From: Pseudomonadota bacterium
Lineage (GTDB): Bacteria; Myxococcota; JACRCW01; JAFGSX01
Direction of reading: 5' to 3'
Assembly (NCBI GenBank): GCA_043821645.1
Contig: JBDRCO010000053.1
Coordinates: 1-64,000 of the forward strand
Length of the DNA: 64,000 bases
Shown here: piece by piece, positions 9,345 through 18,856 of the stretch
How positions within the stretch are numbered: the first letter of the stretch is position 1
Layout: every line of letters starts with the position of its first letter
Notes under the pieces: generated by a model
What the model was told of the DNA's origin: nothing
Seen by the model: the letters and a program-made list of their open reading frames with translations, nothing else
Databases searched by the model: none
Position numbers and translations under genes: made by a program

Positions 9345-12251
9345 TCAGATGGGGCACTCCGGCGGCTTGTTGTGCACCAGGACGTCTGCCGCGAAGTAGT
9401 TGTGCACGCCGTCGACTTCGAGGTTGTAGACCGGCGCTCCCGGCTCCAGCACCTCGATTCCCAGCACCGGCTCCTCGACCAGCAAGCCCGCGGGCGTCAG
9501 CTGCAGCAGGGTATCTCCCGGCACCAGGTCTCGAGCCGGGATCCAGCGACCCCGCGTGAACAGGGGATGGTCGGCGGTCAGTTCCAGTCTGCCGTTGATC
9601 CTCAACAGCGACGAACTGGTCGGGTGCGACATCACCTCCAGCACCACGGCCACGACGACGCTCGCGTTGTGCTCATCGTAGCCCAGCACCTGGTCTCCCG
9701 GCTTGACCTCCTCGATGGCGCGCAGGGATCCATCGGCCATGCGGACGGGGGTGCGCGCAACCAGGCACGATGGTGGTACGCATTCGCCAAGCGTGCAGGT
9801 CGTGCCAGGGAACAGTTCACCACACGAGACGTAGCAGCTTCCGCAGTTGAAGCAGTTTGATCGCGTGTCGACGCAGCCGCCGCCACAACACCTCTCGTCC
9901 AGATCGCCGCAGATCTCGTTGTCACCACAGCCAACGGTCTGGGATTCCGTCTCCACCGCGGCATCGGCACAGTACGCGCCACCGCAGGCTGGCGCCGGAT
10001 TGGTACAGCTCCGAGAACGGCTGTGTTGCTGTTGCTTCGTGCAGTTGCTGCCGCAGCTCCCCACGTCGGTCCAGGAACTCCAGCTGCTCCACGCGGTCCA
10101 GCCGCCGTCGACAAGACCGCAGGCGGTCACATGCCGCACCTCGTTGGTGGTGTTCGAGGCGTCCGAGCAGGGATCTCCCCCGCAGGCCGGTGCTGGGTTC
10201 GTGCAGTAGCGCGTGCCGGTGCGGGTCTCGCTCTGGATACAGGCGTAGTACTGCTCGCAGACTCCCAGAGCGGACCAGTCTGTATAGCTGTAGTCGCTCC
10301 ACTCTCCGTCGACCCTGCCACAGTCCAGGGTGTCGCGGATCTCGGTGGTGACGGTGGAGCCCGAGCAGGTCGCGCCTCCACAGGCCGGGACAGGGTTGGT
10401 GCAGCTTCGCGTGCCGGTGCGGGTCTCGCGCTGCTTGCAGGTCACGTACTGGCCGCAGCTGCCCGTGGTGGACCACCCGGTGTACGTGTAGGCACTCCAG
10501 CCTCCGGCGACCGCGCCGCAGTCCAGGGTGTCGCGGGTCTCGATGGTAGTCGCGGAGCCCGAGCAGGTCGCACCGCCACAGGCCGGGGCAGGGTTGGTGC
10601 AGCTTCGCGTGCCTGTGCGGGTCTCGCGCTGCTTGCAGTTCACGTACTGCCCGCAGCTGCCGTCCGCAGACCAGCCCGTGTACACGTAGTCCGTCCACCC
10701 ACCCGCGATGGCGACGTCACCGGAGCACACCACCGCCTCGGTGCCCTGACACTGGTAGGAGCCGCAGGTGCCGCAGGCCTCGCCTGGCGGGTGCGCCAGC
10801 GTCGAGCAGCCGCCGCACAGGTTGGGGTTGTCGCAGCACGCGCCCGAGGCGTAGCAGTGGCCAGCGCAGTCGAGGCCATCGCAGGAACAGGCATTGTCCG
10901 TCGTCGAGCACTCCCAGCTACCGCTGCCACACTGGCTGGCGAGGCAGCAGCCCTGGCAGGCCGCGGGAGTGCCGCAGCAGTAGCCCGCGCACTGCTCCGA
11001 GCCATCCGCGGTGGCCCCATCGCAGTCGTTGTTCTTGCCGTCGCAGACCTCGAGCTCACCCGGATTAATCTCGGCATCGCCGTCGTTGCAGTCGCCGTCC
11101 ACGCAGTCGCCGCTGTGACCGCTGCTGGCGTCGTTGCAGCCCGGGGCGCAGAAGCCGTCATGGTCCGCGTCCAGGGTGTGGTGCTCGCAGCGGCCGCTCA
11201 GGCAGCTGTCCTCGGTGCAGGCGTCCCCGTCGTCGCAGGTGACCGAGCAGGCGCAGCCCGTGCCCCCGCACACCTCGCCAGGACGGCACTGCTCGCCGCA
11301 CGCGCCGCAGTTTTGCAGGTCACTGGCCAGGTTCGCGCAGTAGGCGCTGTTGCAGCACACGAGCGTGCCGCCGCAGTCGCCATTGTCGGTGCACTGGCAC
11401 AGTCCATCGACGCAGGGCAGGGTCCCCGGGCATACAAAGGCACAGCCCACGCCTGTCCCGAGCGGTCCGCAATGCTGCACGTCGCCGAGCACGTCGGTGC
11501 ACACGCCGCTGCAGCAGTCCTGGGTGGCCGGGTCGCAGCTTCCACCACCGCCGCAGGCACACTGCGCCTGCACGCACAGCTCGCCGTAGGCACAGGCATT
11601 GCCGCAGCCTCCGCAGTTGCTCTCGTCGTCAAGGACACTCTTGCACACGCCGCCGCAGTTGAGCTGTGACGGATTGCAGCAGCGCGCCGGCGACGCTGGC
11701 CCGCTGGCATCGGGCGGCCGGCAGGCCTCGCCGTCCTGGCACTCGCGGTCGCCGCACTGGCACAGGTAGCCACCGCCGAACAGCGCGATGCAGGTGGTGT
11801 ACTGCGGGCAGACGACTGCGGAGCAGGGATCCGCTGCGTCGGCCGCGCTGGACTGATCCCGGCCCTGCAGGTCGAAGGCGGCCACGTCGAGAGAACTCGC
11901 GAGATCCCGTGTTGTCGCATCGCCCGCACTGGTCTGATCGCGCACCTCGCCGTCGAGTGGGCTTGTCAGATCGGAGCCTGATCTGTCCGGCGCCGGGAGA
12001 TCCATGACCAGCACATCGCGAGCTGACGCGTCCACCGCGGAGCCCGCATCGCGCCGGGGGCGACAGACGCCCTCGCGGCACTCCTGACCGGCGCTGCACT
12101 CGCTCGAAGCGTTGCAGACCGCAAGGCACTGTCTGTCCACGCAGAGCTGATCACCCGCGCAGTCATCGTTGGATTCGCAGGGAGAAACCGCCGGCGGGCA
12201 GGAACTCAGCAACAGCGTCGTCCCCAGTGCCAGGCCCAAGAGGGTTGGCAT
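9345..12251 (-). CDS. Cys-rich lipoprotein with TSP1-like repeats and C-terminal Hint (intein-like) domain
   Basis: Lipobox LLLSSC; Cys-rich repeats; four GGW..W..C..R.R.CTNP.PACGG..C repeats; C-terminal CLVARTPV..TADHP..VYNLEV..HNYFA..LVHN. Confidence 0.82.
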   Translation of the reverse strand: MPTLLGLALGTTLLLSSCPPAVSPCESNDDCAGDQLCVDRQCLAVCNASSECSAGQECREGVCRPRRDAGSAVDASARDVLVMDLPAPDRSGSDLTSPLDGEVRDQTSAGDATTRDLASSLDVAAFDLQGRDQSSAADAADPCSAVVCPQYTTCIALFGGGYLCQCGDRECQDGEACRPPDASGPASPARCCNPSQLNCGGVCKSVLDDESNCGGCGNACAYGELCVQAQCACGGGGSCDPATQDCCSGVCTDVLGDVQHCGPLGTGVGCAFVCPGTLPCVDGLCQCTDNGDCGGTLVCCNSAYCANLASDLQNCGACGEQCRPGEVCGGTGCACSVTCDDGDACTEDSCLSGRCEHHTLDADHDGFCAPGCNDASSGHSGDCVDGDCNDGDAEINPGELEVCDGKNNDCDGATADGSEQCAGYCCGTPAACQGCCLASQCGSGSWECSTTDNACSCDGLDCAGHCYASGACCDNPNLCGGCSTLAHPPGEACGTCGSYQCQGTEAVVCSGDVAIAGGWTDYVYTGWSADGSCGQYVNCKQRETRTGTRSCTNPAPACGGATCSGSATTIETRDTLDCGAVAGGWSAYTYTGWSTTGSCGQYVTCKQRETRTGTRSCTNPVPACGGATCSGSTVTTEIRDTLDCGRVDGEWSDYSYTDWSALGVCEQYYACIQSETRTGTRYCTNPAPACGGDPCSDASNTTNEVRHVTACGLVDGGWTAWSSWSSWTDVGSCGSNCTKQQQHSRSRSCTNPAPACGGAYCADAAVETESQTVGCGDNEICGDLDERCCGGGCVDTRSNCFNCGSCYVSCGELFPGTTCTLGECVPPSCLVARTPVRMADGSLRAIEEVKPGDQVLGYDEHNASVVVAVVLEVMSHPTSSSLLRINGRLELTADHPLFTRGRWIPARDLVPGDTLLQLTPAGLLVEEPVLGIEVLEPGAPVYNLEVDGVHNYFAADVLVHNKPPECPI

Positions 12252-12494
12252 CCTGAAAGCGGAACCTCTCCTATGAACCAACATGTCGACCTCGCAGGCG
12301 CAGCGGGAACGGCAACACAAGAGATCGGTGGCAGCAAAATTATACCCCACCCGGGACCTGCGGCCCCCCACCAGATCCAAGCGCGCTTAAAAAACCGGTT
12401 CTTCATCGCGCAGGGGCTGTGCACTAGAATGTCGCCTCGAACAGTCCTCGCGGGTCAGCGGCACGCTCGCACGAGCGGCCAGGCGGAGGCGCCC

Positions 12495-13937
12495 ATGTCC
12501 ACTCGTCCGTCGTGGCTGCGCAGCGAGGACTGGATGTCGCTGTGCCTGGGTCTGTTCATCTTCGCACTGTCGACGGGAGCGTGGTTCGGCGTGGACCTGC
12601 TGGGCTGGGCCGCCAAGACCAGCGTGTGGGTCGAACTCGGCCAGGCTGTGGCGCCGGTGTCCAAGGGCGCCCTCGGCACACCGGCGTCCATCCTCCTCAC
12701 CTTCAGCTTCTTCCTGGGGCTGTTGACCCTCGCGGGCTGGGGACTGGGTGCGAAGCTCGCGCGCTTCGTGCCAGCCTTCGTCGCCATCTATGTCGTCAGC
12801 AGCCTGTGCTGGCTCGCCGGCCACTACGCCTACATCGCGGCCACACCCGACAAGCTCGCGGGTCTGGGCATCCCCTGGTCGCTCAACCTGACCGGTGAGG
12901 CCGGCTACATCCTGGCGCTGCTGGCGGGACTCGTCGTCGGCAACTTCTTCCCGCGCGGCAGCGCGGCGCTCAAGGAGGCCACGCGGCCCGAGCTCTTCAT
13001 CAAGACCGCCATCGTGGTGATGGGCGCGGGGCTCGGCGTCAAGGCCACCGAGGCCCTCGGTCTGGCCTCGGCCGTGATCTTTCGTGGCCTGTGCGCCATC
13101 GTCGAGGCCTACCTGATCTACTGGGCCGTGGTCTACTTCGTGGCGCGCAAGTTCTTCAAGTTCGACCGCGAGTGGGCTGCCCCGCTGGCGTCGGGCATCT
13201 CCATCTGTGGCGTGTCCGCGGCCATCGCCACCGGCGCCGCCATTCGCGCGCGGCCCATCGTCCCCATCATGGTGTCGTCGCTGGTGGTGATCTTTGCCGT
13301 GGTCGAGCTCATCGTGCTGCCCTTCGCGGCGCAGACCTTCTTGTACCAGGAACCCCTGGTCGCCGGCGCGTGGATGGGGCTGGCGGTCAAGACCGATGGT
13401 GCGGCCGTGGCCGCGGGCGCCATCACCGATGCCCTGATCCGCGCCAGGGCCTTGAGCGAGCTGGGCGTGCAATGGCGAGAAGGCTGGATCCTGATGACCA
13501 CCACCACGGTCAAGGTGTTCATCGATGTGTTCATCGGCGTGTGGGCCTTCGTGCTGGCCATCATCTGGTGCACGGTCATCGAGCGCAAGCCGGGTGACAA
13601 GGTGCGCCTCGGCGAGATCTGGGAGCGCTTTCCAAAATTCGTACTGGGCTACATCGGCACCTTCGTGTTGACCCTGGTCGCCTGCATCGTGTTGCCACAG
13701 CTCATCCCCGACGCCAAGGCGGCGGCCAATGAGGCCAACGTCTTTCGCCAGCTGTTCTTCGCCATGACCTTCTTCACCATCGGGGTGGTCAGCAACTTCC
13801 GCAAGCTGTGGGAGGAGGGCATAGGTCGGCTGGCCGCGGTGTACGTGCTGTGCCTGTTCGGCTTCATCATCTGGGTCGGGCTGTTCATCTCGTGGATCTT
13901 TTTTGGCGGCGTCATGCCGCCGGTGGTGACGTCGTGA
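12495..13937 (+). CDS. YeiH/UPF0324-family putative sulfate exporter
   Basis: GGAGG RBS; SEDW N-terminus; ASGISICGVSAAIATG motif; many TM helices. Confidence 0.85.
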   Translation: MSTRPSWLRSEDWMSLCLGLFIFALSTGAWFGVDLLGWAAKTSVWVELGQAVAPVSKGALGTPASILLTFSFFLGLLTLAGWGLGAKLARFVPAFVAIYVVSSLCWLAGHYAYIAATPDKLAGLGIPWSLNLTGEAGYILALLAGLVVGNFFPRGSAALKEATRPELFIKTAIVVMGAGLGVKATEALGLASAVIFRGLCAIVEAYLIYWAVVYFVARKFFKFDREWAAPLASGISICGVSAAIATGAAIRARPIVPIMVSSLVVIFAVVELIVLPFAAQTFLYQEPLVAGAWMGLAVKTDGAAVAAGAITDALIRARALSELGVQWREGWILMTTTTVKVFIDVFIGVWAFVLAIIWCTVIERKPGDKVRLGEIWERFPKFVLGYIGTFVLTLVACIVLPQLIPDAKAAANEANVFRQLFFAMTFFTIGVVSNFRKLWEEGIGRLAAVYVLCLFGFIIWVGLFISWIFFGGVMPPVVTS

Positions 13938-14119
13938 GTGATAAACCTGCCCCGCCGTCTGCCCCTGCCGCGCCTCGCCTCGCCGACGAGATGCGTGCGA
14001 TGCAGGCGCAGCCGCTGCTGCCCATCGAGAAGAAACTCATCCTGTGGAGCATCTCGCTCGGGGTGGTGCTGCTGGTGGTGCTGGCCTGGGTGAGCAAGAC
14101 CTTCTTCGCGGCGCCCTGA
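13934..14119 (+). CDS. Small single-TM protein coupled to the exporter
   Basis: GTGA overlap with upstream stop; PLLPIEKKLILWSISLGVVLL helix. Confidence 0.7.
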   Translation: MSDKPAPPSAPAAPRLADEMRAMQAQPLLPIEKKLILWSISLGVVLLVVLAWVSKTFFAAP

Positions 14120-14262
14120 AGCGTCATCCCGACCCTCCTGGCGATTAATGTTTTTTATCGGAAGGCCTCCCTGATCACCGCTTTGACCATTTGACGTGGC
14201 GCGGCATGCGCAAGCGCGCTATGCTCCTGCCGGGTCGGGGGAGCACCACGAGGAGGCTCGCC

Positions 14263-14721
14263 ATGAGACTCTCTACCCGAGCACGCTACGCCCTGCGCAT
14301 GCTGCTTGAGATCGCCAAGCAAGCGCCGGACACCACAGTCAGTCTAGGCACCGTATCGCGCAACACCGACATCTCCCGTCGCTATCTCGACCAGCTGGCC
14401 ATCGCCCTCAAGAGTGCGGGTCTGGTGGTGGCGACGAGCGGTCGCGGTGGCGGCTACCGGCTGGCGCGCCCGGCCGAGGAGATCAATCTGGGGGAGATCG
14501 TCGAGGCCAGCATTGGCCCCATCAACATCGTCGAGTGCGTGGGCAATCCTGAGACCTGCGAGCGCCACGACGGCTGCATGCCACGCGAGGTGTATCGGCT
14601 GATCAACAGCCGCATCACGGGCGTCTTTCGCCAGCTCTCGCTGGCCGAGTTGACCGATCCGGATACCCTGAGCGCGCTCGTCGAGAATGAAAAGAAGACC
14701 AACACTCGCGTCCGCGCCTAG
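14263..14721 (+). CDS. Rrf2-family transcriptional regulator (Fe-S type)
   Basis: AGGAGG RBS; MRLSTRARYALR, GRGGGYRLARP; three Cys (ECVGNPETCERHDGC). Confidence 0.9.
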   Translation: MRLSTRARYALRMLLEIAKQAPDTTVSLGTVSRNTDISRRYLDQLAIALKSAGLVVATSGRGGGYRLARPAEEINLGEIVEASIGPINIVECVGNPETCERHDGCMPREVYRLINSRITGVFRQLSLAELTDPDTLSALVENEKKTNTRVRA

Positions 14722-14869
14722 ACCAGGACCCTTCTCCAGCCAGGCACCCGGGCACACGGTGCAAAGTGCCTCCTGCTATCGCGAGCCGTGCCCGCGAGCT
14801 GTCCCGGCTCACCCGGCGATCGCCTGCACTCCGCCCGCCAGAACCCGTGCAGTGTGCCAGATGGGTCTT

Positions 14870-15135
14870 CTAATTCCCCATCGCCGCCGTGTTGAATTGA
14901 TAACTGTTTAAATTAATTAATCAATATTAGTCTCTGTGGACGCCTGTGAATTCACCAGTTTGATGGTGAGCATCACAAATTTTTATCAATAAATATTACC
15001 TAGTAAATTTGTATAGTTAATAAGCGGACTTGAATACTCAGCATTTATTACCCGGCAGACCACTAGGCGAAAACCTGAATAATCACGGACGGTCATTATT
15101 TTTCACTCAGAAAGTATTTTACTTAAAAAATCCAT
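14870..15135. promoter_or_regulatory. AT-rich regulatory region with palindromes; candidate Rrf2 operator at 14995-15019
   Basis: Sharp AT island in GC-rich DNA; imperfect inverted repeats TATTACCTA..TAGTTAATA and TGTGA..TCACCA/TGGTGA..TCACA. Confidence 0.55.
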
Positions 15136-15174
15136 CGTTCTACCAGGTGAAAACTCGGACCTCGTGGGGGAAGC

Positions 15175-15639
15175 ATGCTCCGCCTCAGCGCAGCCGCTCG
15201 ATACGGACTGAGCTTGGCCATCGAGGTCGGGCGTCAAGGCCAGGACAGCGTGCTGAGCCTGGGCGAGGTGTCGCGGCGCACGGGCATCTCACGCCGTTAC
15301 CTGGACAAGCTGGCGGCGGCCATGCGCGAGCACGCGCTCATCGTCGGCCACAATGGCCGAAGAGGTGGCTACAAGCTGGCGCGCGCCGCGACGGGCATCA
15401 CCCTGGCGGACATCATCGAGGCGACCTCGGGGCCCGTCAACATCGTCGAGTGTGTGCTCCACCCCGGGTGCTGCAAGCGTTCGGCGGACTGTCCCTGCCG
15501 TGCGGTGTACCAGGTCGCCAACGCGCGCGTGCTCGAGACCCTGAACAGCATACGGCTGAGCGACCTGGTGGAGTCCGCGCGGCAGGTGCCACACCAGGTC
15601 TGGGCCTGTCCACCGGGGATGGTCGCCAGCGTGGTGTGA
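15175..15639 (+). CDS. Rrf2-family transcriptional regulator (second paralog)
   Basis: RLSAAARYGL, ISRRYLDKL, GRRGGYKLAR; Cys cluster ECVLHPGCCKRSADCPC. Confidence 0.88.
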   Translation: MLRLSAAARYGLSLAIEVGRQGQDSVLSLGEVSRRTGISRRYLDKLAAAMREHALIVGHNGRRGGYKLARAATGITLADIIEATSGPVNIVECVLHPGCCKRSADCPCRAVYQVANARVLETLNSIRLSDLVESARQVPHQVWACPPGMVASVV

Positions 15640-15751
15640 AGGGCAGGACGGTCGAGCGCCAGGTGCTCGACGACGACGACAGGCAGGGGCTGGTGCGTCT
15701 GGACCTACCAGGTGACCCGGCACATTTTCAACGAGCGGAACAGGAGGCAGC

Positions 15752-16282
15752 ATGCGCGAGAAGAAGATCAAGAACACGACCCTGCGCATTATTCGCGATG
15801 ACATCACCCTCCTCGACGTCGATGCCTTTGTGTTCTACGCCCAGTCCGACCTCGAGTTGGGCTCCGGCGTGGGCAATGCGATTGCCCAGCGCGGGGGGCC
15901 AGCGGTCAAGGATGCACTCAAGGGCAAGGGACCTCTGTCGACGGGCCAGGCCATCGCCACCACCGCCGGCGATCTCAAGGCCTCGTTCATCGTGCACGCC
16001 ATGGGGCCGCGCTTCCAGGAAGCGAACATGGAGTCCAAGCTCGAGGCGACGATGCGCAGCGTGCTCAGCTGCGCACAAAAAAAAGGCGTCAAGCGCCTGG
16101 CGCTGCCCCCTTTAGGCCACGGCTTCTATGGTGTCCCCCTCGAGCTGAGCGCGCGTGTCACCCTGCGCGCCCTCGGCGAACACCTCAAGAACGGCAGCGC
16201 CCTGAACGAGGTCGTGCTGTGCATGACCGATGAGCGGCAGGCGCCGCCCTTCGAGAAACAGCTCGACGCACTGGTGGGATGA
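15752..16282 (+). CDS. Macro domain protein
   Basis: AGGAGG RBS; DITLLDVDA, GSGVGNAI..RGG, TTAGDL..IVHAMGP, LALPPLGHGFYG. Confidence 0.85.
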   Translation: MREKKIKNTTLRIIRDDITLLDVDAFVFYAQSDLELGSGVGNAIAQRGGPAVKDALKGKGPLSTGQAIATTAGDLKASFIVHAMGPRFQEANMESKLEATMRSVLSCAQKKGVKRLALPPLGHGFYGVPLELSARVTLRALGEHLKNGSALNEVVLCMTDERQAPPFEKQLDALVG

Positions 16283-16322
16283 CCCGACCTGGACCTCGCT
16301 GACGACGACGAAAGGCACTCCC

Positions 16323-17000
16323 ATGACCGACACCCTGCACTTTGCCCAGCACCGTCTGCAAGAAGGCGCGCTGATCTTCATGGCCCTGGTCTACTGCGCT
16401 CGCCTGTACTGGCTGACCCGCTTCAAGGCGGGCAAGGACAGGCAGCCGCGCACGGGCCGCCACAGCACAGATCCCCGCAAGGGCTGGATGTACTCGATGG
16501 CGATGATCGCCATGCCCTGGGCGATGGAGAGTTCCCGTCGTCACTGGCTCATTTACCTGCAGTTCGTGCTGTTCCACCTGGGCGTGGTGGCGGCCATCGG
16601 TCTCAGCTTCGTGATCCCCTACGGTCCGGGTGTGCTCACGCCTTCGGTGGTGATGGGAGTGCAGGCCCTGACAGGCGCGGCCTTCGTCATCGGTGTGCTG
16701 CGCCTCCTGCGCCGCGTGGGCTCTCCGGTGATGCGCAGGATCAGCTCCCCCGACGACTATTTCTCGCTCAGCCTGCTCACGGTGTGGTTCCTGTTCGCGA
16801 CCCTGGCCGCCCCCAACAATCTGAGCGGTGGTGAGACCACATCGCTCGTCTACTTCGTGCTCACGGCGTTCTTCTTGATCTACGTGCCCTTCAGTAAGAT
16901 CTCGCACTACCTGTACTACCCTTTCACCCGCTTCTACCTGGGGCGCAGTCTCGGCCATCGGGGCGTGTATCCCTTCGAGCGCGGTCGGCAGACCACCTGA
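16323..17000 (+). CDS. NarI/HdrE/HmcE-like membrane b-type cytochrome subunit
   Basis: Several TM helices; LFHLG, RRISSPDDY, VPFSKISHY motifs; adjacent to a CCG enzyme. Confidence 0.75.
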   Translation: MTDTLHFAQHRLQEGALIFMALVYCARLYWLTRFKAGKDRQPRTGRHSTDPRKGWMYSMAMIAMPWAMESSRRHWLIYLQFVLFHLGVVAAIGLSFVIPYGPGVLTPSVVMGVQALTGAAFVIGVLRLLRRVGSPVMRRISSPDDYFSLSLLTVWFLFATLAAPNNLSGGETTSLVYFVLTAFFLIYVPFSKISHYLYYPFTRFYLGRSLGHRGVYPFERGRQTT

Positions 17001-17039
17001 CACACGCGCTGGCGAAGCCAATTCTCGACGGAGAAGGTC

Positions 17040-18782
17040 ATGCAAAGCACCATCCGATCCCACAAGGCCCAGAAGGTCATCGAGCGCATGGGCCAGAAGC
17101 TCAACCGGCAGATCGTCGGCTCGCTGGTGGCCTGCGTGCACTGCGGCAACTGCACCCAGTCCTGCCACTACGTGCTGGCCAACCCTGACGATCCCAGCTA
17201 CGCACCGGCGGCCAAGGCCGACAAGATCCGCAAGCTGTTCAAGCATCACTACGACTGGACGGGCCGCGTGTTCCCGTGGTGGGTCAAGGGCGGCAGCGTC
17301 TACACCGACGCCGACCTCGAGGAACTCAAGGACACGGTGTTTGGCAAGTGCACCAATTGCCGGCGCTGCTCGCTCAACTGCCCCATGGGTGTGGACTACG
17401 CGACCTTCAATCGCATGGCGCGCGGCTTGCTGGTGTCCGTCGGGGTGATGCCCGAGGGCGTGGCCGTGGTGAGCAAGGACCAGTGGGAACTCGGCAACCA
17501 GATGGGGGTGCTCAAGGAGGACTACCTCGACACCCTGCAGTGGATGAGCGAGGAGCTGGTCGACGAGGTGGGAGACCCTGCCGCAGCGATCCCCATCGAC
17601 AAGAAGGGCGCGGAGATCATGTACACGATCAATCCGCGCGAGGCGAAATACGACCCCCGCTCCATTGCCGACGCGGCCAAGATCTTCTGGGCCGCGGGCG
17701 CCAGCTGGACCATGCCCAGCGAGGGCTGGGACATGACCAACTTCGGTCTGTTCTCGGGTGACGACGAGCTCGGAGGCACCGTCGCGCGGCGCGTGTACGA
17801 GAAGGCCGAGGAGCTGGGCGTCAAGAAGGTGGTGGTCAGCGAGTGCGGCCACGGCTACCGCTCGACCCGTTGCGAGGGCCCCAACTGGGCCGGCTACGAC
17901 ATGACCAGGTTCGAGATGGAGAGCTCGGTCATCACCATGCTGCGCTACATCAAGGACGGCATCATCAAGGTCGACCGCAGCAAGAACACCGAGCGCTACA
18001 CCTTTCACGACTCGTGCAACAACGCCCGCTCCTGCGGCCTGACCGAGGAACCGCGCGAGCTGCTGCGCTTGGTGACGACGGATTTTCAAGAAATGTTCCC
18101 CAACCGTGCCGAGAACTACTGCTGCACGGGCGGCGGCGGCGCCATGTCCATGGGCGAGTACACACCGCGGCGGCTCAAGTCCGGCGAGGTCAAGGCCAAG
18201 CAGCTCAGGGACACGGGGGCCGGATCGGTGGTCACCTCGTGCCATAACTGCGTCGATGGGCTGGGTGATGTGATCAAGCACTACAAGCTGGACATGAAGG
18301 TCACCCAGCTCGTCAACCTGGTGGCCGAGGCTCTGGTGCTCGAGGACAAAATCCAGGCACAGGTGCCGGCTGCCGTCGCAGTCGACAGACCGCTGGCGGG
18401 TCGAACCATCCTGGTCGTCGACGACGAGGCCGACGTGCGCACCTTCCTGCAGGCGGTGTTCGAGGACCACGGAGCCCGCGTCCTGGTGGCTGAGAACGGC
18501 AGTCGTGCCCTGGAGCTCGCGCGGCGGGAGCAGCCCGATCTGGTGACCCTGGACCTGTCGATGCCGGGTCAGGACGGCGGCAAAGTCTACCATGCGCTCA
18601 AGTCCGAGGTCGCCACGCGCGCGCTCAAGGTGTGCATCGTCACCGGCAAGCCCGAGCTGCGCAAGCTCATCTATGATCGCGAGGTGCCACCACCCGAGGG
18701 ATATCTCGACAAGCCGGTGGCCGAGGACACGCTGATCCTCAATGCGCGCAGGATCCTGGAGCTCGCGGACGAAGAGGCCTGA
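17040..18782 (+). CDS. HmcF/HdrD-like Fe-S CCG-domain protein fused to a C-terminal response-regulator receiver domain
   Basis: CVHCGNCTQSC, CTNCRRCSLNCP, ECGHG, HDSCN, YCCTGGGG, SCHNC; then ILVVDDE..PDLVTLDLSMP..LDKP. Confidence 0.88.
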   Translation: MQSTIRSHKAQKVIERMGQKLNRQIVGSLVACVHCGNCTQSCHYVLANPDDPSYAPAAKADKIRKLFKHHYDWTGRVFPWWVKGGSVYTDADLEELKDTVFGKCTNCRRCSLNCPMGVDYATFNRMARGLLVSVGVMPEGVAVVSKDQWELGNQMGVLKEDYLDTLQWMSEELVDEVGDPAAAIPIDKKGAEIMYTINPREAKYDPRSIADAAKIFWAAGASWTMPSEGWDMTNFGLFSGDDELGGTVARRVYEKAEELGVKKVVVSECGHGYRSTRCEGPNWAGYDMTRFEMESSVITMLRYIKDGIIKVDRSKNTERYTFHDSCNNARSCGLTEEPRELLRLVTTDFQEMFPNRAENYCCTGGGGAMSMGEYTPRRLKSGEVKAKQLRDTGAGSVVTSCHNCVDGLGDVIKHYKLDMKVTQLVNLVAEALVLEDKIQAQVPAAVAVDRPLAGRTILVVDDEADVRTFLQAVFEDHGARVLVAENGSRALELARREQPDLVTLDLSMPGQDGGKVYHALKSEVATRALKVCIVTGKPELRKLIYDREVPPPEGYLDKPVAEDTLILNARRILELADEEA

Positions 18783-18856
18783 GCAGCGCCACAGCTCGGC
18801 GAATGTGGGACCGCGCCGGGGGGAGCGCCGCGTGTGAGGAGAACAAGGGGGGGACG

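Noticed and set aside
9369-9767. Canonical intein or polymorphic toxin
   Set aside because: The +1 residue is Lys, only 7 aa follow, and there is no endonuclease, toxin domain or immunity gene.
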